Below, one piece after another: positions 53,699 to 64,000 of a DNA stretch of 64,000 nucleotides. Source of the DNA: Pedosphaera parvula Ellin514 (GTDB taxonomy: Bacteria; Verrucomicrobiota; Verrucomicrobiia; Limisphaerales; JADJPG01); the NCBI GenBank assembly GCA_943332515.1, contig CALQPR010000014.1, positions 27,283-91,282 of the forward strand, in the 5' to 3' direction. The notes under the pieces are model-generated. The model made no database searches, was not told the origin of the DNA, and saw nothing but the letters and a program-made list of their open reading frames with translations. The position numbers were made by a program, and so were the translations under genes. How positions within the stretch are numbered: the first letter of the stretch is position 1; each line of letters opens with the position of its first letter.

Positions 53699-56600
53699 TC
53701 ACTGTGCGGTCACCACCGTCGCGGGAAGCTGGTAGACGCCGAACCAGCGCTGGCTGCTGCTGGGCGTGCCCGTCACCTCGAACTGCGCCGCCTCTCCGGC
53801 ACGCAGCAGACTCGACGGCACTTCGATCTCCAGCACGCCGTTGCTGTCCTCACCGTTCGCCTCCATCACCGCGTAACGCATCTGGGAACGTCCATCCACG
53901 CTTTGCCAGACCCGATCCGTCAGGCTGACATCGAACTCGCAGACGCGCTGTCCGTTCACGCTCAGAGAAAACTTTCCACCCGGCTGTGACGCGAAACCCA
54001 TCGCGGCGGGCAGCCGGAACGAGTGCATCGCGCCGAGTTTCGCGGGCAAGTTCGCGCTCTTCCATACCAGCCGTTCCTGGCCCGCGTTCTGCCGGCAATA
54101 CGGCATTGGCAAACGCCCCAGCCAGCTTGGATACGGCAGTGTCTCGAACGCCGAGACCACTTGGGACAAGCCGTTCGCTCCACCGCTCACGAACTCCGCC
54201 CGCGCCTTCGCCATCTGCTCTGCACTCGCGCTTCCGAACAGCGCCGGAGCGCCCGCCTTCAGCCACGCGATCAAATCCGCCAGATCCTGCGGCGTGATCG
54301 CCTGCTCCAACCCCTCGGGCATCAGCGACAACGCGCTCGCGCGAATGGACGTGATGTCGCGTCGTGAAATGGATTCCCGCACCCCGCCACCTTGCACCAG
54401 CGTGAGGCCCGTCGCCGTCTCGCCGCGAACAATTCCGTTCAAGCTGCGCCCCTCCTCGGTTTCGACCTGATAGGCGATGAAGTTCGGGTTGATGCCCGCG
54501 TTCGGATCAAGAATCGCGAGAAGGAAATCCGCCGCGCTCTTGCCCGCAAACTCCGCGAGACCCGGCCCCACATCATGGCCCTGCCCTCGATAGGCGTGAC
54601 ACTGCGCGCAGTTCTTCGCGAACAATTCTCCGCCGCGTTCCTGAACTCCACGCAACTGACTCACGCCTGCGTAACGCGCCAGCACTTCGCTGCGGCTCGA
54701 CGTCGTCGAAGTGAACAGATTCTCCGCGCTCGTGCGAACGATGTTGCTTGCGTGCGAACGCAGGCGCTGCCGTTGCGTCAGCGAGAACTCCGCAGGTTGG
54801 ACCACGCCCGACTCGGCTGACTTCAGCACGATCTCCAGCCAACGATCCTTCGACAGCAGCAACTCCAGCAACTCGCTGCGCGCCGCCGGCCCGAGGTGAT
54901 TCCATTGAGCGACCGCTTCACGCGGAAACCCTTCATCGCGTAGCCCGCCGATAGCTTTGCGCAGCCCTTGGCGCGTGGACGAATCCAAGTCGGATTGAAG
55001 CAACTGCACGAGACGCGCGCGATTCGTCGCCGAATTCTCCGCGAGATGGCCGAGGATGCGGATGACGGACGGAACCGACTCGGGACTCAGCGTCTTGAGT
55101 TCGCCCGTCATCAGCCAGCGGATGGGGTCACCAGTTAGCAAGCCGCCCTGCAACCGTTCCAGGGATCGGCGAACCTCCGGGTTCTCATTCGTCGCCAGCG
55201 CGGAGAGCACTTCGGGATGTTCGAGCATCTCCGCATGAAAAAGCGTAACGGCCCATAGCTCGGAGAGCATGAGCGAGTTGGTCGAAGGAGGGAGCAGACG
55301 GACAAGAACCGCGCCGAGATCCGACATCCGCCCGTCGGCGATCATGGAAGCCAGCAGCGACGAAAACACTGCGGAATAACCTGCTGAGGCTGCGAAGTCT
55401 CCGGGCGTTTGATTCCGTCGCAAGGCATCAAACGATTCCAGAGAAGCATTTCGCGTCGCGATGAGCCACGCCGCGTCCAGCCGGGGATTCCCCAGCAACG
55501 GCGGCCTCCGGCTCACGAACCGCCGCACCTCGTTCGATCCAAAGCCCGACACCGCCAGCCAGAATTGAAACGTAATTCTGCTGTCCACGTTCTCAGGTCG
55601 ATCCGGAAACACCATCAGCTCGTCCACCAAACCCGTCCGCCCTTCCGCCAGTCCCAGCGCGAAACGACGCACGCCAAAATCAGAATCTCGCAACGCTCCT
55701 TTGATCGCGGTGTCCGAGAGCGTTCCCAGATCACGGCTCGCAGCAAGCGCCTGAACCCTGGCTTGCGGCAAGGCAGCTGCTTGGCTTACGCGATCCAGCT
55801 CCCGGCTCCACTCCGCTTCCACCCCGGCAGCACGCGTCGCCTTCAACGCAACGAGTCGTTGATGCGCCAGATCGCGCAACACTCCGTTCGGTTCACCCAG
55901 CGCGCGGACTAGCTTGCTGGCATTTGCCCGGGCGAGATTGGGAATCGCTCGCAGCTTCGCCCCCTTCGGATACACACGATAGATGCGGCCCATGTCCGCG
56001 CCGGCGCGCGGGTCGAGTTGCTTCAATCGCTCCGGCGGAATCCAGCGCGGGTGCTCCACGACGAAGCGATACATGTCCACGATGTAGAGCGCGCCGTCCG
56101 GCCCCGTGCGCGCCTGCACCGGACGAAACCAACTGTCCGCGCTCGAGAGAAACTCCGTTCGCTCTTCGCCGTTCGCCCGACGCCCGGCGTAAGTCACAAG
56201 GTCTGGTTCGAGCACAAGCCGATGCACGAGATTGTGAACAGGCTCGCAAATGAAGGCGTTCCCATAAAAGCCGGCGCCCAGCAGCGTGTCCCGATAGATG
56301 CCCGGCCCGCAGCCGCTCGTCACGATGTTCACCATGAGCGGATCGTTGAAGCGCGTGAGCGTGCGCGACGTGGGGAACAGCTTGTTCGCGTCGCCGCCGC
56401 GCGCCACGAGCACGCGCGGCTCCGGGTAAGTCACGTGCGGATTGCGATGCAGATAGTGATCCGGCATCGGGTAATGCCAGAGCCAGGTGCTGTTGTCGTT
56501 GCCGAACCAGTTGTCGAAGTCATCACGCACGCGCCCGTACTGGCTGATGCCTGACACCGCTTCGATCTCGCCCGTCTCCGGTCGATAGCGAAAGTCGCGT

Positions 56601-58546
56601 CCGCTCAAATCGACCTCCTGTCCGGTTTGCAGGCTGCGCACCTTGCCGCCGAACAACCCGCTGCTCCCGTGCAGCCAGCCGTCGAGTCCCCAGGTGAAGC
56701 CATTCAGCCGCGCCTGGAAATTGTGTCGCGCAAACCCCGTCACGTTCGTCCGCACGATGTCCGCACGCCCATCGCCATCGGTGTCCTCGGCGTAGAGCAG
56801 GTCTGGCGCGGCGCAGATCAGCGCGCCCTTGCGCCACGGCATCACACCGGTCGGAAACGGAATACCGTCGAGGAAGAGCGTCGCCTTGTCGTAATGCCCG
56901 TCGCCATCGCGGTCGGTGAGAATCTTGATGCGACCGCCCGGCGTGAACCCGCCCGCCGGCTCCTTGATCGGCTCGCCATACTTGCGAGCAGGATCGACCG
57001 GCGGCTTCAGACCGCTCGGATAATCATACATCTCGCAGACCCACAGCCGCCCTTGCGCATCCCAGTCGATGGCGACCGGCGATTCGATCAGAGGCTCGCT
57101 CGCGACAAGTTCCACGACCATGTCGGCCTTGGTGCGAATGGCGCGCAAGGATTCCTGCGGTGATTTCGCCGGCGGTAGATCGGTTCGCTTCGGATCGCGC
57201 TGATACGACTTCGGCACGAGCCCGCGAACGGTCGTGATGATCAGGTCTTCGACATTCGTCGAGAGGCGTGCGGGTCGGTCGTAATACCAGAGCGAATCCT
57301 CCGCCTCGTAGCCGCCCTCCGCGAGAATGCGACGCGACGGGATGTAGCACGGAACGTAGTTCGCGTAGCCGGACACCCAGAGATGCTGGCCGTCCAGCTC
57401 GCTCTTCAAGCGCAGCGCGTAATCCACCACCACTTCGCCAGGCAGAAAGACCATCGCCAGTTCGTCGCCGAAGTTCCACGTCGTGATCGGGTAGTAAAGC
57501 GAATCAGGCACCTTCTCGCCGCGCCCCAGACGGGCCAGCCATTTCTTCGCGTGATAGCCAACGATCCCGGAGTTCGTGCTGCGCGCCAGCCACTGGTCGC
57601 GCGTGAAGTGCGGACCGAACGGAAGCTGAATCTCCTTCGCGCGCGCCGTGAGACGGCTCTTCAACGGTGTGAAGGTCATGCCGAGCAATCGCTTCACCTC
57701 CGCACCGATCTCTCCGCCGTATTGTTTGGCGAACGCCAGCCCACCATCCGCACCACCGCGTGGCGAGGGATTGGAATCCGCACCGCAACCAATCGTCACC
57801 AGCGCCATCGCGCCGGGCGCTTCGCGTTCGATGGCTTCCTGCGCGTAGCCCGCCCAGTCGCCGCAGACATGGTTGATCTCTCCGCCCAGCGTCGTGCAAT
57901 GACAGGCGTAGTTTGCCACCAGCGCGAGCAGCTTCCCGTCGGCGCTCTCGGCTTTCAGCACGGGCAACGCGTGATCCACCGGCCCACCGCGCGTCCGCCG
58001 GTTCGCCGCGAATGCAGCCGTGCCCGACGACCAGCTTAACTTTCCCGCATGACGATTCTTCAACGCCTCCAACGCGACCTGCTCCAGATTTCCGATGAGC
58101 GAAGTCGTGTAGCGGTCGATGGCCCCCTGCTCTTCCGCCGTCAGGTCGCGCACGAAGATGTTCGGCGCCCACTGCGTCGTCGCCGGCCCACTGTGCGTAT
58201 GCGAACTCGCGATGACGATGCGGTCGGCACGAATCCGCGCGGACTTCGCCAGCCGGCTTCGGACGTCGCGCCACGTCTCTTCGGCAATGCCGCAGTTGTC
58301 GAGCGTGAGCAGAAGGGCCGGACCTTCTCGATCGCTGCCGATGGCGAGCGCCTTGACCCACAGCTTCTGTTCAACCCCAACGTGCGGTGTCTTGCGCGAG
58401 GCGTAGCCTGTCAGGCGAATCGGTTCGGTGGGCGTCACGTCGCGTCGCGCCACGCCGATGTCCACCGCGTGGGCAGCCAGCCTGGCACCGCACATGACCA
58501 CGGCAAGAAGCCATCGAACGGAATGCGAGAGAGGCGGGCGATTCAT
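53699..58546 (-). CDS. Mega-fusion: neutral-ceramidase-like N-domain + PVC-type membrane-bound dehydrogenase beta-propeller + HEAT-repeat region + CxxCH cytochrome c domain + C-terminal beta domain
   Basis: ATG at 58546 gives MNRPPLSHSVRWLLAVVMCGARLAAHA. IASSHTHSGP is ceramidase-like. SEPLIESPVAIDWDAQGRLWVCEM...DTDGDGRAD is the propeller. CAQCHAYRGQGHDVGPGL is the haem site. Track start 58624 is rejected. Confidence 0.8.
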   Translation of the reverse strand: MNRPPLSHSVRWLLAVVMCGARLAAHAVDIGVARRDVTPTEPIRLTGYASRKTPHVGVEQKLWVKALAIGSDREGPALLLTLDNCGIAEETWRDVRSRLAKSARIRADRIVIASSHTHSGPATTQWAPNIFVRDLTAEEQGAIDRYTTSLIGNLEQVALEALKNRHAGKLSWSSGTAAFAANRRTRGGPVDHALPVLKAESADGKLLALVANYACHCTTLGGEINHVCGDWAGYAQEAIEREAPGAMALVTIGCGADSNPSPRGGADGGLAFAKQYGGEIGAEVKRLLGMTFTPLKSRLTARAKEIQLPFGPHFTRDQWLARSTNSGIVGYHAKKWLARLGRGEKVPDSLYYPITTWNFGDELAMVFLPGEVVVDYALRLKSELDGQHLWVSGYANYVPCYIPSRRILAEGGYEAEDSLWYYDRPARLSTNVEDLIITTVRGLVPKSYQRDPKRTDLPPAKSPQESLRAIRTKADMVVELVASEPLIESPVAIDWDAQGRLWVCEMYDYPSGLKPPVDPARKYGEPIKEPAGGFTPGGRIKILTDRDGDGHYDKATLFLDGIPFPTGVMPWRKGALICAAPDLLYAEDTDGDGRADIVRTNVTGFARHNFQARLNGFTWGLDGWLHGSSGLFGGKVRSLQTGQEVDLSGRDFRYRPETGEIEAVSGISQYGRVRDDFDNWFGNDNSTWLWHYPMPDHYLHRNPHVTYPEPRVLVARGGDANKLFPTSRTLTRFNDPLMVNIVTSGCGPGIYRDTLLGAGFYGNAFICEPVHNLVHRLVLEPDLVTYAGRRANGEERTEFLSSADSWFRPVQARTGPDGALYIVDMYRFVVEHPRWIPPERLKQLDPRAGADMGRIYRVYPKGAKLRAIPNLARANASKLVRALGEPNGVLRDLAHQRLVALKATRAAGVEAEWSRELDRVSQAAALPQARVQALAASRDLGTLSDTAIKGALRDSDFGVRRFALGLAEGRTGLVDELMVFPDRPENVDSRITFQFWLAVSGFGSNEVRRFVSRRPPLLGNPRLDAAWLIATRNASLESFDALRRNQTPGDFAASAGYSAVFSSLLASMIADGRMSDLGAVLVRLLPPSTNSLMLSELWAVTLFHAEMLEHPEVLSALATNENPEVRRSLERLQGGLLTGDPIRWLMTGELKTLSPESVPSVIRILGHLAENSATNRARLVQLLQSDLDSSTRQGLRKAIGGLRDEGFPREAVAQWNHLGPAARSELLELLLSKDRWLEIVLKSAESGVVQPAEFSLTQRQRLRSHASNIVRTSAENLFTSTTSSRSEVLARYAGVSQLRGVQERGGELFAKNCAQCHAYRGQGHDVGPGLAEFAGKSAADFLLAILDPNAGINPNFIAYQVETEEGRSLNGIVRGETATGLTLVQGGGVRESISRRDITSIRASALSLMPEGLEQAITPQDLADLIAWLKAGAPALFGSASAEQMAKARAEFVSGGANGLSQVVSAFETLPYPSWLGRLPMPYCRQNAGQERLVWKSANLPAKLGAMHSFRLPAAMGFASQPGGKFSLSVNGQRVCEFDVSLTDRVWQSVDGRSQMRYAVMEANGEDSNGVLEIEVPSSLLRAGEAAQFEVTGTPSSSQRWFGVYQLPATVVTAQ

Positions 58547-58635
58547 AGCGGATGAGAGATTGTCGCGAGCTTTCGGCAAGGAGCGACGAGCTGTCAAGAT
58601 CGCCATCGCCTTTCGTTGATACACCTCCTCCCAAC

Positions 58636-58670
58636 AAAAAAGACCGGATGAGAACCACTCTCATCCGGCC
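58636..58670 (-). terminator. Rho-independent terminator of secA
   Basis: Minus strand GGCCGGATGAGA-GTGGT-TCTCATCCGGTC followed by a T6 run. Confidence 0.8.
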
Positions 58671-58720
58671 GTGTGAAAAACGATTTCTCGTCGCGGCTTC
58701 GAATCAGGCCGCTCTTGCGC

Positions 58721-61700
58721 TCAGTCGAACTTGCCGCAGCACTGCTTGTATTTCTTTCCGCTGCCGCACGGGCAGGGATCATTGCGCCCGACTCGTGGTC
58801 CGGTGCGAACCGGCTGCGCTTTCGCCACCGCCTCGTTCGCCTCGCTGACCATGTCGCTCGCCTTCCCGGCCGACGCACCGCCGTCACCGCTGCTACCAGT
58901 CGATGTTGAACCGAAGGCGCTGGAGGATTGATGTTCCGTCCGCTGCGGAAGCTTGCGCATGAAGTTCTCAAATGCCAGCAGGCTCGATGCGCTGCGGAAG
59001 ATGTTGTGGCAGATCTCCGTCTTGATGTTGACCATCAGCTCGCCAAAGATCTTGAACGCTTCCGCCTTGTACTCCAGCAACGGATCACGCTGGCCGTAAG
59101 CGCGCAGGCCGATGCTGTTGCGCAGGCCGTCCATGTTGTAGAGATGTTCCTGCCACAATTTATCGATCGCCATCAGGATCGTGCTCCGTTCCATCGACAC
59201 CAAGGCCGCCGGATTCTCGAAGCTGATCTTCAGCGCGTAAGCGTCCTGCACGGCCTTCGAGATGAAGTTGCAGACGGAGAACTGGCCGGCGGTGAGCCCA
59301 TCGTAAACCGAATCCGGAACCGGCATCTCGGTGCCGGCGTTGGCTGCTTTGACGATCTCTTCCTCGGGCATGCCGAGCGGGAAGTTCAGGTTCACCCAGT
59401 CGGAGAGCCCGCGCACATTCCATTCGCTGACATCTTCGCTGGAGGTGAATTGCTGCACCTTCTGGATGACAACTTCCTCCATGACATCCATCAAACGGTC
59501 GCGAACATCGTCGCCGTGGATGATCTCGTTGCGGAAGCCGTAGAGGACTTCGCGCTGCTTGTTCATCACGTCGTCGTATTCGAGCGTGCGTTTCCGGGTC
59601 TGGTAATGGTGCTGCTCGACGCGTTTCTGCGCGGTCTCGATCGAGCGGTTCAGGAGCGGATGCTCCAGCTCCTGCCCTTCTTCGAGCCCCATCTTCTCCA
59701 TGTACTTCACGATCTTGTCCGAACCGAACAAGCGCATGAGATCATCTTCGAGCGCGATGAAGAAATGAGACGACCCGGCATCGCCCTGACGCGCGCAACG
59801 ACCGCGCAACTGGCGGTCAATACGACGCGCTTCGTGACGTTCCGTCGCGAGCACGTGCAGGCCGCCCAACTCCTGGACGCCGGGACCGAGCTTAATATCC
59901 GTGCCGCGACCCGCCATGTTCGTCGCGATGGTGACGGACCCCTTCTGTCCGGCGCGCGCCACGATCTCAGCTTCCTGCTCGTGGAACTTCGCGTTGAGCA
60001 CGGAGTGGATGATGCCCGCCTTCTTCAACAGCTTTGAAAGCAGCTCGCTTGTCTCGACCGAAACGGTGCCAACGAGAATCGGCCGTCCCTGCGCGTGAAT
60101 CGTCTGCACTTCCTTCAGCACGGCGAGGAATTTCTCGCGCTTGGTCTTATAGACCGTGTCGTGCGCGTCTTTTCGGGCAATGACACGATTCGTCGGAATG
60201 ACGAGCACGCCAAGCTTGTAGATGTCGAAGAACTCCTGCGCCTCGGTCTCGGCGGTGCCGGTCATGCCTGCCAGCTTGTGATAGAGACGGAAATAATTCT
60301 GGATCGTGATCGTCGCGTAGGTCTGCGTCTCGCGTTCGACTTCCACGCCTTCCTTCGCTTCAACCGCCTGATGCAACCCATCGCTCCAGCGGCGACCGGT
60401 CATCAAGCGTCCGGTGTTCTCATCAACGATGATGACCTTGTTGTCCTGCACGACGTATTGCACGTCCTTCTGGTAAAGGCAGTAGGCCTTCACCAGTTGG
60501 GAGATGGTGTGAATCTGCTGAGCCTTCGCCTCCATCTCCTGCTGGAGCTGCGTCTTCAGCTCAAGCCGCTTATGGGCGTCCTTCTCCGGGCCGGTATCGA
60601 TCTCGTGGAACTTTCCTGCCAGATCGGGCAACACGAACGCATCCGGATCCTTCGGACTGAGAAAGGTGCGGCCCTTCTCGGTCAGGTCCGCCTCGTGACT
60701 CTTCTCCTCGATGGCGAAGAACAGCTCTTCCTTCTGCGCGTAGAGATCCTTCTTGGACTGGTCGGCATGAAGACTCAGCTCCGCCTTGTTCATCAGGCGC
60801 AGGTTGTCCGGATTCTCCAGCACGCGCATCAAGCCTTCGGAACGCGGTGTGCCGAGCTTCACCCGGTAGAGCAGCAGACCAATCTCGCGCTCCAGCTCGC
60901 CTTCGCTCGAAGGATTCGAGCCATCGGCTGGGCGGAGCTTCTTCATCAGCTCTTCTGCCTCATTGAGGTAACGGCCGCACAGCTTCTCCTGCGCGTGGAA
61001 GATGGATTCGACCACGGGCCTGAACTTGTCGTAGATGCCGTGATCCGTGTTGACCACGGACGGGCCGCTGATGATCAGCGGCGTGCGCGCCTCGTCGATC
61101 AGGATGGAATCCACCTCGTCCACGATGGCGAAGTAATGGCCGCGCTGGACCTGTTCCTCGGCGCGGCTGGCCATGCCGTTGTCGCGCAGATAATCGAAGC
61201 CAAATTCGGCGTTGGTGCCGTAGGTGATGTCGCAGGCGTACTGCGCGCGGCGCTCCGCCGGAGATTGATCGTGCAGAATGCAGCCGACCGTCAGCCCGAG
61301 GAATTTGTAAACCGCGCCCATCCACTCGCCGTCACGAGCCGCGAGGTAATCATTCACCGTCACCACATGCACGCCACGTCCGCTGAGGGCGTTGAGGTAA
61401 ACCGGGAGCGTGCCCACGAGCGTCTTGCCTTCGCCGGTCGCCATTTCTGCGATGCGACCGCTGTGCAGCGCGTAGCCGCCGATCAACTGCACGTCGAACG
61501 GCACCATCTCCCAGCGGAGCGGATGCCCGCGCACGATGACGTCCTGGCCGCTCAGCCGACGGCAGGCGTTCTTCACCACGGCAAAGGCTTCCGGCAGGAT
61601 TTCATTCAAGACCCGCTTCAGCTCTTCGCTGTCCTGGATCGCGGAGCAACGCGCCTTCCATTCCGCGGTTTTCTGCCGCAGGGCGTCGTCGGACTGCGAT

Positions 61701-61807
61701 TGAAGCGCAGCTTCGATCTCGTTGATCTTCGCGATCATCGGGCGGAGCCGCTTCACTTCGCGGTCATTCTTCGAACCGATGATCTTTTTGATTATGAATC
61801 CAATCAT
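58721..61807 (-). CDS. secA: Preprotein translocase ATPase SecA
   Basis: [60 protein letters not shown]-terminal zinc finger [19 protein letters not shown]. Confidence 0.98.
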   Translation of the reverse strand: MIGFIIKKIIGSKNDREVKRLRPMIAKINEIEAALQSQSDDALRQKTAEWKARCSAIQDSEELKRVLNEILPEAFAVVKNACRRLSGQDVIVRGHPLRWEMVPFDVQLIGGYALHSGRIAEMATGEGKTLVGTLPVYLNALSGRGVHVVTVNDYLAARDGEWMGAVYKFLGLTVGCILHDQSPAERRAQYACDITYGTNAEFGFDYLRDNGMASRAEEQVQRGHYFAIVDEVDSILIDEARTPLIISGPSVVNTDHGIYDKFRPVVESIFHAQEKLCGRYLNEAEELMKKLRPADGSNPSSEGELEREIGLLLYRVKLGTPRSEGLMRVLENPDNLRLMNKAELSLHADQSKKDLYAQKEELFFAIEEKSHEADLTEKGRTFLSPKDPDAFVLPDLAGKFHEIDTGPEKDAHKRLELKTQLQQEMEAKAQQIHTISQLVKAYCLYQKDVQYVVQDNKVIIVDENTGRLMTGRRWSDGLHQAVEAKEGVEVERETQTYATITIQNYFRLYHKLAGMTGTAETEAQEFFDIYKLGVLVIPTNRVIARKDAHDTVYKTKREKFLAVLKEVQTIHAQGRPILVGTVSVETSELLSKLLKKAGIIHSVLNAKFHEQEAEIVARAGQKGSVTIATNMAGRGTDIKLGPGVQELGGLHVLATERHEARRIDRQLRGRCARQGDAGSSHFFIALEDDLMRLFGSDKIVKYMEKMGLEEGQELEHPLLNRSIETAQKRVEQHHYQTRKRTLEYDDVMNKQREVLYGFRNEIIHGDDVRDRLMDVMEEVVIQKVQQFTSSEDVSEWNVRGLSDWVNLNFPLGMPEEEIVKAANAGTEMPVPDSVYDGLTAGQFSVCNFISKAVQDAYALKISFENPAALVSMERSTILMAIDKLWQEHLYNMDGLRNSIGLRAYGQRDPLLEYKAEAFKIFGELMVNIKTEICHNIFRSASSLLAFENFMRKLPQRTEHQSSSAFGSTSTGSSGDGGASAGKASDMVSEANEAVAKAQPVRTGPRVGRNDPCPCGSGKKYKQCCGKFD

Positions 61808-62023
61808 TGTGGCCTTTTCAAAATGTGCGCGGAACGCTACGGGATGCGCTGGGATGCGTCAAAAGGAATTCCCGACGCACCGGCGCTGCCGACAAACAGC
61901 GGCGGGACATGTCTCAGTCGCGCTCTTAACAGACGATTGCATCACCTTCTTCGTCAGGGCGACGAGTTTCACAAGCCCCTTTTTGCCGGTCGATGGGGGC
62001 GCGGGTGATCTGCCGAAGTTGCC

Positions 62024-62458
62024 CTATCCCGCCGTGGCCGCGGGAAGCCGCTTGAGAAAGACGATGCGTGAGATTCCTGTGATCACCGGGGGCTTGAGCC
62101 GCAGCTTGATCGCCGGCAGCTCGGCGCTGCTTCCGGTCACTTCATGCAGACCGATGTAGAACCACTTTCCGCCTTCCTCGCGCCGCACATAAACCGGGAG
62201 CGGCCCCGTGGTCTCGGCCAGCTTGATTCCCCACTTGGGCAGGTCGCCCTTGCGCCCGACCCAGACCTCCGCCGGATCTTCTTCCGCGAGCGGGTTCCAC
62301 ATCGAACCCAGGCACAGGCCGAGGATGGCGCCTTCGCGGTGGATGACGAAATTGGGAGGAATCGATTCGCCGCCCAGATGGGCGCGAACGGCACCGAAGT
62401 CATAACCTTCACCCACGAGATGGGGCGTTGAAGTGGGCGCGGAAGTATTATCAAGCAT
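62024..62458 (-). CDS. Hypothetical cytoplasmic protein (~145 aa), family not recognised
   Basis: ORF with native GC3 bias directly upstream of secA on the same strand. Start at MLDNTSAP (62458) or 62494. Contains ...GPLPVYVRREEGGKWFYIGLHEVTG. Confidence 0.55.
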   Translation of the reverse strand: MLDNTSAPTSTPHLVGEGYDFGAVRAHLGGESIPPNFVIHREGAILGLCLGSMWNPLAEEDPAEVWVGRKGDLPKWGIKLAETTGPLPVYVRREEGGKWFYIGLHEVTGSSAELPAIKLRLKPPVITGISRIVFLKRLPAATAG

Positions 62459-62584
62459 CGGCGTAAGACAACCAACCGCACCCCGCGCCGTCAACGTTCA
62501 TTCAAAGGCGAGCATCCACGACGCGACACCGCCGACTTTGTGATTGATGTCCCTTTTGCCTTCCATGAAAGTCCGGCCCATCAC

Positions 62585-63955
62585 ATGAGCACTCCGACTG
62601 GCGGCAACCCGCATTCATCAGGCAAGACGCCCCAACTCACCGAAGCAGAACAGCGCGCCACGCTGGCCACGGTCACACGACGGCTCGTGCCGCTCCTGTT
62701 CCTCTGCTACATCATCGCCTACATCGACCGCATCAACGTCGGCTTCGCCAAGCTCCACCTGCGCGAGGTGCTCGGCGTGAGCGAAGACAAGTTCAACAGC
62801 GCCTACGGCCTCGGCGCGGGGCTGTTCTTCATCGGTTACTTTATTTTTGAAGTCCCCAGCAACCTCATCCTCCAGCGCGTCGGCGCACGCATCTGGATTG
62901 CGCGCATCATGATTGTCTGGGGCATCGTCTCCGCGTGCTTCATGTTCCTCAAGGGCACCACCATGTTCTACACGATGCGCTTTTTGCTCGGCGCGGCGGA
63001 GGCCGGATTCTTTCCCGGCGTCATTCTCTACTTCACCTACTGGTTCCCCGCCAAGGAACGCGCCCGCATCTTCGCGATGTTCGCCACCGGCGGCGTGCTG
63101 GCAGGAGTCATCGGCTCGCCCATCTCCGGAGCGTTGCTCGATCTTGACGGCATGGGCGGGCTGGCGGGCTGGCAATGGCTCTTCCTCCTCGAAGCCATTC
63201 CCGCCGTCCTCATGGGCTTCGTCGTCCTCCTCGTCCTACCCAATCGTCCGCAAGAAGCGCGCTGGCTTTCGCCGGCGCAGAAGCAATGGATCGAAAGCCG
63301 CCTCGCCGAGGACGCCCCCGCGCCCGCCGCCACCCAGGGTCACGGTCTCGCGCAAATTTTCTCCAGCGGCCGCGTCTGGCTCCTGTGCCTGCTCTACTTC
63401 CTGATGAACGTCGGCGGCTACGGCTACGAGCTCTGGCTGCCCACCATCATCAAGGGATTCTCCGAGGCCGGCACCAGTTCCTTCGTCGTCGGCACCATCA
63501 ACGCCATCCCGTACTTTGCGGCGGGCATGGCGATGCTTCTCGTGGCGCGTTACTCGGACAAATCCGGCGAGCGCCGCGGAGTCGTCGCGCTGGCGGCGCT
63601 CAGTTCGGCGGCCGGCTTCGCGCTCAGTGCTTACTTCAAAAATCCCTACCTCGCCATGGCCTCGCTGACCCTGGCGTTTGTCGGGCTCAAGTCCACCATC
63701 GCGCCCTTCTGGGCGATGACCACGGCGTTCCTCGGCGGCACGGCGGCGGCGGCAGGCATCGCCTTCATCAACTCCGTGGGCAACCTCGGCGGATTCGCCG
63801 GGCCGTATCTCGTGGGTGTGATCAAGGATCAGACTGGTGGCAGCAACGTCGCTGCGCTGCTGCTCCTTGGTGCCGCCTTGCTGTGCATGAGCATCATGGC
63901 GCTCGCGCTGCCTAAGTCCGCGCGTCCCTCTGGGTTGACCTCCGCCAAAACGTAA
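62585..63955 (+). CDS. MFS transporter, anion:cation symporter (ACS) family
   Basis: ATG at 62585. YIDRINVGFAKL, GLFFIGYFIFEVPSNLILQRVGARIWIARIM, 12-TM profile. Resembles tartrate, galactonate or phthalate permeases. Confidence 0.85.
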   Translation: MSTPTGGNPHSSGKTPQLTEAEQRATLATVTRRLVPLLFLCYIIAYIDRINVGFAKLHLREVLGVSEDKFNSAYGLGAGLFFIGYFIFEVPSNLILQRVGARIWIARIMIVWGIVSACFMFLKGTTMFYTMRFLLGAAEAGFFPGVILYFTYWFPAKERARIFAMFATGGVLAGVIGSPISGALLDLDGMGGLAGWQWLFLLEAIPAVLMGFVVLLVLPNRPQEARWLSPAQKQWIESRLAEDAPAPAATQGHGLAQIFSSGRVWLLCLLYFLMNVGGYGYELWLPTIIKGFSEAGTSSFVVGTINAIPYFAAGMAMLLVARYSDKSGERRGVVALAALSSAAGFALSAYFKNPYLAMASLTLAFVGLKSTIAPFWAMTTAFLGGTAAAAGIAFINSVGNLGGFAGPYLVGVIKDQTGGSNVAALLLLGAALLCMSIMALALPKSARPSGLTSAKT

Positions 63956-64000
63956 CGCGCAACACGTTCATCGATCACGGCAGGCAGAACGTCTCGCTGC

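Noticed and set aside
60095-62008. 637-aa plus-strand ORF (and 58928-60037, 369 aa)
   Set aside because: Both are antisense to secA. They have low-complexity R/L/V/A composition and no known motifs.

Overview
GC-rich, densely coding 64-kb chromosomal segment. It most likely comes from the PVC superphylum, probably Verrucomicrobiota. The pointers are a PEP-CTERM tail, an H-X9-DG-type pseudopilin, two PSCyt/DUF1549/DUF1553 + DUF1501 gene pairs, a PVC-type CxxCH dehydrogenase mega-protein and an LTD/CotH giant protein. I call about 40 protein genes and one tRNA-Ala(GGC). I saw no rRNA, CRISPR array, transposase or integrase. Recognisable housekeeping genes are thyA-folA, murJ, hom-thrC, sppA, upp, leuA, mnmA, thiG, a heptose-7-P kinase, secA and a class-I-like xylose isomerase. 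Transport loci are a sugar ABC transporter with no binding-protein gene, and a NasS-like/nrtABCD-type operon whose last ATPase gene overlaps an outer-membrane porin gene. Many long ORFs in the six-frame track are antisense shadows of real genes and are rejected. Several real ORFs have over-long N-termini that run through a tRNA, a terminator or an upstream gene. I found no clear self-contained new system such as a defence island. The most interesting leads are: (1) a strictly C-terminal ~60-aa module ending in FYR/FYI, shared by three unrelated secreted proteins, which replaces a PEP-CTERM tail in a tandem paralogue; (2) an intrinsic terminator inside the leuA 5' leader with competing upstream pairings, a candidate attenuator of unknown class; (3) a ~29-bp imperfect hairpin that buries the start codon of the second PSCyt/DUF1553 gene; (4) a signal-less NrtA paralogue heading the nrt-type operon, with no ANTAR partner; (5) an in-frame MBL-hydrolase/beta-hydroxyacid-dehydrogenase fusion; (6) three 14-nt-phased ACGTTTTAC repeats just upstream of thyA. 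All family assignments come from motifs read by eye and need HMM or BLAST confirmation.
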